This document shows positions 31,656-38,885 of a stretch of DNA of 38,885 nucleotides, one piece after another (within the stretch, counting starts at the first letter, position 1; the number at the start of each line of letters is the position of its first letter). The notes below the pieces were generated by a model. It did no database searches. It was not told the origin of the DNA and was given only the letters and a program-made list of their open reading frames with translations. This DNA is from Trichomonas gallinae (lineage: Eukaryota). A program made the position numbers and the translations under genes. The stretch is taken from positions 1-38,885 of the forward strand of contig MRSU01003238.1 of assembly GCA_008369845.1 (NCBI GenBank), read 5' to 3'.

Positions 31656-32222
31656 CCATTACTGGATGTGATTTTTTCGTACGTTTATGATTGATTTAAG
31701 GTTAATTAAGTGATGTGAAAGTTCTCAATTTTATCCAACTTCTAGAGACTGCAGAGACGATTCTAGTAGACATAAATATGAGATGTTATAGACAAAAACA
31801 CTATATATACACTCTTCTATAATATTGTCTATGGTATGTTATATTAGTAACAGCTTGATGCTTAGTTACAGGTTGTTTTTTCGAGCTACTTTACGAAATT
31901 GTTTCTCACCGAAAAAAACTTCACTATTCATTAGTAAAATATTTAAATAGAGCTACTAGAACATATCTAACGACATATAACTCATTTATCGCTTTAAATA
32001 ATCTCGAATTAAAAAATAAGAAACATTAAAGCCAACCATCGTTGTCATCTTAAAATATAGTATTAGAAATGATAATATGTTGAATGTTCAATCAATTTGA
32101 TAAATTTTTGTTCTGGTTTGATATAAAGACCATAATATAGTATGAAATATAATGACAAAACATATTCATTAGAGTAAGTATATATGTGTTCATTGATATT
32201 TTATATAGAACAATGGTAGAAA

Positions 32223-32816
32223 TCATATAAAAATTATTACAGCAACAACTAGGAAATAGTTAATGAAATATCTATCATTGGTTGCACATGTTATAACTTC
32301 CGAATACTCTGAGCCAAAGAATTCGATTGCTCCAATAGTGTTTGTATAAGAGTTTGCTGTATCTTTTCCATCGTTTCCAATGGTAATAGACCGAAGAGGA
32401 AAGTGTTTTTCGCGAGGAAGGTTGATCATATATTCCGAATCTTGAATACAATCGCATGAATTTCGAACGGTACAGATTGGTTCTGTTTGGTGATATAAAA
32501 GAAACTCTTCACCATACGGGTGAGTTGCGTAGATGAAATATTTCAGTGGAAATCGAGTATCTTTTCGAGTTTTGAATTGAATCTTCCGAATTATTGGATT
32601 GTATGGGAATGTGAACGTAATGTTGTATTGTGTCTCTGTTTCAACAATTGGTGAATGATATCTATATGATGAATTCCAATATATTAAATGGTGAATATTA
32701 TCTCGTTGGCTTGTAATGTTGAATGGAGCATAATATGAAAATCTCTGTGATGGTGTTTTATATTTCGAATAATATAGAGAGATTAATCCACCATTTCCAA
32801 TTTGATATTCATTCAA
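32223..32816 (-). CDS. Small discoidin/F5-8C-like protein with C-terminal hydrophobic tail
   Basis: NITFTF, RFPLKY, LRSITI, AIEFFG then TC...YFLVVAVIIFI; the EFFG terminal strand is shared with the 5515 protein. Confidence 0.8.
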   Translation of the reverse strand: MNEYQIGNGGLISLYYSKYKTPSQRFSYYAPFNITSQRDNIHHLIYWNSSYRYHSPIVETETQYNITFTFPYNPIIRKIQFKTRKDTRFPLKYFIYATHPYGEEFLLYHQTEPICTVRNSCDCIQDSEYMINLPREKHFPLRSITIGNDGKDTANSYTNTIGAIEFFGSEYSEVITCATNDRYFINYFLVVAVIIFI

Positions 32817-33394
32817 AAGTTTGTAAAAAGACTGCCACTTTTAGTTTTTCAAATATCTATGAACTATCTAAATATATGAATCATGATATTTTGATGAATC
32901 AATTTTTTTCAAATTTCAATGAATCTGTGAATGAAAAGACATATAATTTGCGATAAAAATCCCTTCTGTATGATATCTTGAACCCTCTGATGTGATTAAA
33001 AAACTTTTTTATTCTAATCTAATTGTGATTATTTAATATATATCTATTTGTTAAAAATGCGATGCTATTTGTATTTTCCATATGAAGAGGGTTTTGAATC
33101 TTGAATACGTGAAATTAAGAAAAGTTTAGTAATATTTTTAATTCCGGACATGAATTCATCAATATTTTGACATATATGAAGATTACAAGCACTTGGATAC
33201 ATGACACATACATGAGCAATATACTTATGTATCTATTATCCTATATAAATATTAGATAAATTCTTAGTGACGAGCCTGGGAAACTCATTTAATAACTCCA
33301 TTTTCGACGATTTACAAAAAAAAAATCAAAATTCATCATTATAAGCGAAACAAAAAAATAGTGCAATTTGAGAAATCTAGATATACATTTATTT

Positions 33395-36300
33395 TTATTG
33401 CTTGCTGTTGCGCTTTTCAAGCAGAGCGTTTCTCTTAGCGAGAAGTTCGTTTCTCTGCTTCATCATCCTCTCTGCAGACTCGATTGTTACCTCGAAGAAC
33501 TTCCGCTGTGCTGAAATATTAGGCTTCGACTCGTTGAACACCAATTCTCTTGAGTGTCTGATGAAGTTCTTGAGCTGCGCGTTCTCGTTTCCGAAGACTC
33601 CCTTCTCGTGCTTCCTCTTCAAGTACTGTATACTTGATGTTGTCTCCTGTATCTGCCTCCTGATCGCGTCGGTTTCCTCTTTGCCGAGACTGTGGATCTG
33701 CACGTTCCTTATCTCGTCGCTCTTGATCAGAAGCATGTCGAGCTGGTCTTCATGAGACATAACGCCGCGCTGTATCCTCGTCAGCTCATCAAGAAGACGC
33801 TCGTTTTCAGCTGATACCTTTTCGAACATTTGGGACAACTCAGCTGAATCATCAGGCAAAGCCAATTTAGGACGTGTCACTTCTCTGAGGATTCTTTTCA
33901 CTGCCTCAACTTGCGGAGCCCTTTCGCCTGATACACTGTATCTCTCGAGAATCAGTTTCATTCTCGAGACATCTTTCTCCAAAGCTTTGACTTCGCTTCT
34001 TATCAACTCTGCCTCTATGAACATAATCGACGACTCAACCAGCAACTTGTCCAACTGCTGGAATCCGTCTGCAGGCGGTGCTGGGAGCTTGACGCCATCT
34101 CCTATCAAGTCGTTGTACTGTTTAACTAGTTTAGAGAGTTCTCCAACCATTTCTTCTGTCTCAGCAACAATTTTTTCTGTTTCTGGATTCGTCTGCTTCT
34201 TGCTGTGTTTCTCTATGATAGCTTTGAGCTTGTCGAGAAGTGTCTGCGTCGAATATAATTTCGGCTGTGTCTTGAGGTATGATGTAACCTGAGATAGCGT
34301 CTTAGGAATCTCAGCGATGTCTTCGTAAGGAATGAATGGCTCGATATTATATGGAAGAGTGTCGAATGACAAACTCGCTAAAACTGCGATGCTTGCAATC
34401 AAAGCTGACTCAGACGCAGCAGCCAGAGCGAGCTTGAATGCTGCGAGGTCTTTGTCGACACATGTCGAGAGCTTGAGCTTGGTAAAATCAACTTTTCTAA
34501 GGCATGACTGGAAATAGAAGATTGCGGAAGGTTTTCCTGTCCTTAGTCCTTCGTCGATTAATGTTGCAGTCTGCGACAAGTCTTTGAGGACTTTGATGAC
34601 GTCGTCTGCGTTCTTGAGTGTTGGAGATGACGCGTAGCCAGCCATTGTGTACAAAAATCGCGTTGTTGCTTCATATAATGATTGAGGATCAACAATATCG
34701 TTGCCGTTTACGATGGAAACTGATGCATCGCCAAGATATTTGTCAACTATTTCGTTTGAGCAGTTGTAAAGTGTCTCAAAAACGAATTCTGCGTCAGCGA
34801 ATTTTTTGATTTTTTCATTTTCTATGATTTCGTTGATAATTGATGCTGAAGACATGATTCCTAAAGCCATATTTGCACGAATCAATGGCATAAGCTCGAG
34901 TTCTTTGCATCCAGCAGCGTTCAAAGCTTGTGTTAATGAATCTAAGTGTGAAATGACTCCTGAAACTGAAATTAATGACATTCCCAGTCTAGAAATCTCT
35001 GGATACCACTCGTAAGCTGATTTCTTGACAAAATTGAAAACATTAGATAATGACTGGCTGATTTCTGTTGTTCTGCATGTCATCATCATGTCGAAGAACT
35101 TCACCTGAAGCGATAAAGCGGATGAATGGAGGGAGTTTCCGTATATTTCATTTCCTAATTTATTTGAAATCTGCTGAGTTATTGCTGTAATGTTATTGCA
35201 CTTGAGAGCAGACTCCATGAGCATCTGAGAATAATCGATGAATGGTATCAATTTCGCGAATTCATTAATATCTTCGAATGCGGCTCCGCAAATCATTGCT
35301 TTCCCAACTAGTTTGATCCATGATGACAAGAACTGTTCTGTGACTTTGACATTGACAGGAGATTGAAGAATTGAAATGGTTAACGATGTAATATTTGCAA
35401 ATTGTGGGTCTGGATTCTCGCAAAGTGTTTCAACGCCCTCAACACCGAGCTTTTGCAGTAAGTTGCTATGCAGTTCAATGAATTCCATGAAATCAGCAGC
35501 ATGGCGAAGATTTATGTCTAAAGCATGAAGCGCATCAACTGGACGCTCGAGATCGACTGAGATCGTTGCAGCGTCGCTTTGTTCGATAACATCTTCTTGC
35601 AAAAGCTTCTGTCGAATCTGTTGTGATGAGTCAGATTTATTTATAAGGATAATGATGTCATTTGCCTGTTGTTCTAAATCCGCGAGCTTGAATATATTAG
35701 CAATGCATGCTCTAGATGGCAAATAACTGGCGAGAAGACTGATTAAATTATTATAAAATGGTTTTGACTGAGGAAGGAGCAAAATGTAGATGAGATACTC
35801 ATACAATGCAATGAATCCATCATTTTCCTTGCATATTTTTGTAACAGATCTGATTTTTCTGATCGATGATAAAATTGATATGAAAATTTCGGGCTGTTCT
35901 TGGGCTTTAACGAGCTCGTATAGCTTAGGAAGTCTGTCTGTGATGTAGGAAACTGATAACTTCTTAAAAATCGAATCTTCTTGATCAAAACCAAATTCGA
36001 AAGCAGCTGCTGGTTGTGAAATTTCCAGTGGCAGCTCTACTGGTATTTTGATTTCCGATATTAATTTCATTAGATTCGAGAAGTCTCCGCTTTGATTTGA
36101 AATAAAATTCTTTAATTCTTCAGATAATGAAGAAAATTCGTTAATTTGGATGAGTTGTTTGGCAATTATTGCTAAGAATTTGGTTAAATCCAACTTTTGC
36201 GTCGAAAAATCTTGATATTGAATTAAATCAGGTGATTTCTCAATGTAATCATTAATTTCGTTTGACAATGCCTTAATCTTTGAGATTCTAGATTCAATGA

Positions 36301-37048
36301 GTAAAGTTTGTTCGATATTCTTTAAATTTGTTGTAAATTCTATATAACTCATTTTGAGGTCTTGTAATTTGTAAATTATTGGAAGATAAGTAATAACTTC
36401 CGCTCTAAATGTAATTATTGCGTTGTCAATTTGCTGTTTAACTGATTGTTCAAATTTTTCTTTCAATAAATCAATTTTATAAATAATATTTTCGACTAAT
36501 GGATCGAGTTTCGTCAATTGCTCATCTTTTTTGATTGTTTCACCGAATGATTTAAGAGAATTAAGCTGATCTTGCATATCAAAATTAAAAATTTTCGGAA
36601 CTTTTGTTGTTATGAATTTGTGGAAGGTGAAAAATAATGTATTGAATGATTCTCCTGATTCCACTTCTTTTGGAGCTTTACATTGAAAATAAAAACTCAA
36701 AAGTGGTAAAAACGATGCAGTAAATGGGAAGAATATTTCAGAATTCAACACTGATGAGCCAATGAGTTGAACAGTCTCGCTAATTAAACTATTAAACGTC
36801 GAATCAATATTTATTTTTGTATTTGAGTTTCTGTAGATCATTTCTATTGGTCTAAAGATTTCTACAATTGTCTGCATGACTGTATTGCATGGAACAATCA
36901 AGCCTTTCGAATAAGTTGGCTGCGCATTTTTGAGATCTGAAAATCTCATCTTTAATTCGACAAGCAAAGGCTTCAACTGTGTTAAATTTGATTGAATCGA
37001 AACGAGTGCTGAGTTTAACTGCGCATTTGTCGCTTCAGATTCGTTCAT
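33395..37048 (-). CDS. Large alpha-helical hypothetical protein (about 1217 aa) with C-terminal coiled coil
   Basis: 3.65 kb ORF; first ATG 37048; Inr TCACTT at 37073-37078 on the minus strand; stop in TAAA. Confidence 0.9.
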   Translation of the reverse strand: MNESEATNAQLNSALVSIQSNLTQLKPLLVELKMRFSDLKNAQPTYSKGLIVPCNTVMQTIVEIFRPIEMIYRNSNTKINIDSTFNSLISETVQLIGSSVLNSEIFFPFTASFLPLLSFYFQCKAPKEVESGESFNTLFFTFHKFITTKVPKIFNFDMQDQLNSLKSFGETIKKDEQLTKLDPLVENIIYKIDLLKEKFEQSVKQQIDNAIITFRAEVITYLPIIYKLQDLKMSYIEFTTNLKNIEQTLLIESRISKIKALSNEINDYIEKSPDLIQYQDFSTQKLDLTKFLAIIAKQLIQINEFSSLSEELKNFISNQSGDFSNLMKLISEIKIPVELPLEISQPAAAFEFGFDQEDSIFKKLSVSYITDRLPKLYELVKAQEQPEIFISILSSIRKIRSVTKICKENDGFIALYEYLIYILLLPQSKPFYNNLISLLASYLPSRACIANIFKLADLEQQANDIIILINKSDSSQQIRQKLLQEDVIEQSDAATISVDLERPVDALHALDINLRHAADFMEFIELHSNLLQKLGVEGVETLCENPDPQFANITSLTISILQSPVNVKVTEQFLSSWIKLVGKAMICGAAFEDINEFAKLIPFIDYSQMLMESALKCNNITAITQQISNKLGNEIYGNSLHSSALSLQVKFFDMMMTCRTTEISQSLSNVFNFVKKSAYEWYPEISRLGMSLISVSGVISHLDSLTQALNAAGCKELELMPLIRANMALGIMSSASIINEIIENEKIKKFADAEFVFETLYNCSNEIVDKYLGDASVSIVNGNDIVDPQSLYEATTRFLYTMAGYASSPTLKNADDVIKVLKDLSQTATLIDEGLRTGKPSAIFYFQSCLRKVDFTKLKLSTCVDKDLAAFKLALAAASESALIASIAVLASLSFDTLPYNIEPFIPYEDIAEIPKTLSQVTSYLKTQPKLYSTQTLLDKLKAIIEKHSKKQTNPETEKIVAETEEMVGELSKLVKQYNDLIGDGVKLPAPPADGFQQLDKLLVESSIMFIEAELIRSEVKALEKDVSRMKLILERYSVSGERAPQVEAVKRILREVTRPKLALPDDSAELSQMFEKVSAENERLLDELTRIQRGVMSHEDQLDMLLIKSDEIRNVQIHSLGKEETDAIRRQIQETTSSIQYLKRKHEKGVFGNENAQLKNFIRHSRELVFNESKPNISAQRKFFEVTIESAERMMKQRNELLAKRNALLEKRNSKQ

Positions 37049-37102
37049 TTTAGAGATTTTCAAAATTCTGAAAAGTGACACTTACAAAAAAATATTTTCG
37101 AC

Positions 37103-37150
37103 TTTACATGTCAAATTAAATTATTTTTTGTTACTTTACATTTGACAAAT
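37103..37150 (-). promoter_or_regulatory. Candidate upstream element ATTTGACATGTAAA plus a variant copy 32 bp away
   Basis: Plus strand TTTACATGTCAAAT (37103-37116) and TTTACATTTGACAAAT (37135-37150); the proximal copy ends 55 bp before ATG 37048. Confidence 0.5.
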
Positions 37151-37864
37151 ATTCTATGTATACCAAAAACTTGGAAAATTACTCATAATTGGATATACAT
37201 AACATTGGTAAAAGAATTAATATACATTAATGGAGGAATTTTCGAGAAAAAATGATTTTTCAGAAATTGATAATGAAAATAACTTTCATTACCAATGTAA
37301 AATGCATATCGAGAAATAGTGATTTTTAATCGACCCTATCTCGCAACGCACTCACTATTACTCTATTAAATATTATAAAAATACAAAGTCGACGATATAC
37401 TTTTATTATTATAAAGAATCAACCTCTACTATTAATCAATATATTTAGTCAAGATAGGAAAATCTTTTTATGTTGCTTATTTGCAGAAAATGGCTGAATA
37501 TTTCATATTTCGATATTGATTTTCGTTGGTTTTAAGATAATATCTTATGTATTGTTTGAAATCAATCAATATTTTATGAATATATTTAAAATATAATGTG
37601 TTTATATCGGTTAGTATATTACAAATGAAAATTGAATAAAAATCAATATGAAATATTGATTTTGAGCACTTTCAACTATATAATGTCAATATAGTTGAAA
37701 AGACTAAAATGAATATAGGTATCAAAAAGCAAAAAAAATGAAGGAAAAAAATTGAAAATTTTGATGTATGATAAAATCGTTTGAAAATGCGAAAATGCAA
37801 AAATTACAATGCATAGATGCGATATTCAGCAAAAAAATGAAAGATTTTGTGCCTGGCTCCAAAA

Positions 37865-37889
37865 AACCGTTTTAATCGTAATGGCCTTT
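37865..37889 (+). promoter_or_regulatory. Trichomonad M3 (AACCGTTT) plus M5 (CCTTT) core promoter
   Basis: AACCGTTT 37865-37872 fits M3 DRCSGYTD; CCTTT 37885-37889 replaces the Inr, as described for T. vaginalis ribosomal protein genes. Confidence 0.75.
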
Positions 37890-37895
37890 TAAGAA

Positions 37896-38330
37896 ATGGG
37901 TAAATCCAAGGCATGCGGCCGTCTTGCAGCTCGCAAGCTTCGTCTTGCACACAAGGCTAATCTCTGGGCATCCACAAGCTATCGCCGTGCCCACAACACA
38001 TCCGTCTACAGAACACCACTCGAAGGTGCTGCCATGGCATCTGGCATTGTCGTCGGCAAGGTCGCCGTCGAAGCCAAGCAGCCAAACTCTGCTATTCGTA
38101 AGGCTGTTCGTGTTCAGCTTAAGAAGAACTCTAAAGTTGTCACAGCATTCGTTCCACGCGATGGTTCCCTCCGTTTGATCGATGATAACGACCGTGTTCT
38201 TATCGCCGGTATGGGTCGTTCTGGCCGTTCTGTCGGTGACCTTCCAGGCTGCCGTTTCAAAGTCATCAAGGTTGCTGGTTTCTCACTCCTTGCTCTTTGG
38301 CTCGGCAAGAAGGAAAAGCCGCGCAGCTAA
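37896..38330 (+). CDS. RPS23: 40S ribosomal protein S23 (uS12)
   Basis: [46 protein letters not shown]; strongly biased codons. Confidence 0.99.
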   Translation: MGKSKACGRLAARKLRLAHKANLWASTSYRRAHNTSVYRTPLEGAAMASGIVVGKVAVEAKQPNSAIRKAVRVQLKKNSKVVTAFVPRDGSLRLIDDNDRVLIAGMGRSGRSVGDLPGCRFKVIKVAGFSLLALWLGKKEKPRS

Positions 38331-38771
38331 ATCGATATTATTCTAAATATTTTGCTTGAATATTACAAAATTTAATTCTTCATTTGAAATCTTTCACCAA
38401 AAAAAAACATTACAACATTCACAGAAACCAACATACAATACAATTTTTCTACAACTTTCTCATTTTATTACATAATATTTTTTCGATATTTTATATCTTC
38501 CTTTTTCAACATTTTTGTCTTTTCAAAACTTAATATTTGGTGTAGTTATATTGGTATGCCATAAGGATGGTTAATTTAAAAGAGATTTTTGAATAAATAA
38601 ATTATTATATTAAATAAAGAATTGATTTTTATAGAATTCATTTTCATGAGGCTTCAAAGACATAAAAAAATTACATGTCTAAAGTTTTATGATTTTGATA
38701 TTTGAATCAAATTTGGAAAAAAAATAGATAAAAAAATAAACTTCCTAAACAGTTCAAATCGAACCAGATCT

Positions 38772-38885
38772 TTAGGCAAGATTGACTGTACCACGGCGAC
38801 GACCTGTACGGCGGGCAGCGATAAGACCAAGCTTCTGACCTGGGCGGGCAGAGCGGGAAACTGTGCCTGGAGCACCCATGTGCTG
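38772..38885 (-). CDS. RPL8: 60S ribosomal protein L8 (uL2), 3' end only (runs off the window)
   Basis: Minus-strand translation from 38885: [37 protein letters not shown], containing the uL2 signature GLIAARRTG; stop in TAAA. Confidence 0.95.
   Translation of the reverse strand, partial: QHMGAPGTVSRSARPGQKLGLIAARRTGRRRGTVNLA

Noticed and set aside
33395..37048. Apparent AT-to-GC gradient along the large gene, suggesting a fusion
   Set aside because: The change looks gradual with no junction, and it cannot be quantified by eye.
38687..38875. 62-aa minus-strand ORF
   Set aside because: Wrong frame of the RPL8 3' end.

Overview
AT-rich, intron-free eukaryotic DNA from a trichomonad (Trichomonas vaginalis or a close relative). 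The assignment rests on an IBD/IBP39-family transcription factor, TCA(T/C)(T/A) initiators just before ATGs, M3/M5 core-promoter motifs before a ribosomal protein gene, and UAAA poly(A) signals overlapping stop codons. The window holds a tRNA-Arg(UCU), about 22 intact protein genes (SAS-4/Tcp10-like, R2R3 Myb, isoaspartyl peptidase/asparaginase, IBD factor, LMW-PTP, CFAP77-like, sphingomyelinase-like EEP enzyme, divergent Rab, PPP phosphatase, glycine-rich and discoidin-like surface proteins, RPS23), the 3' end of RPL8 (missed by the ORF track) and two damaged genes. The most notable unexplained signal is a 14-bp motif, ATYTGWCRYGTAAA. It sits about 55 bp upstream of two unrelated genes, occurs five times in a duplicated divergent promoter, and forms an 8-copy array with about 32 bp period upstream of the CFAP77-like gene. 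All calls were made by eye with no database searches.
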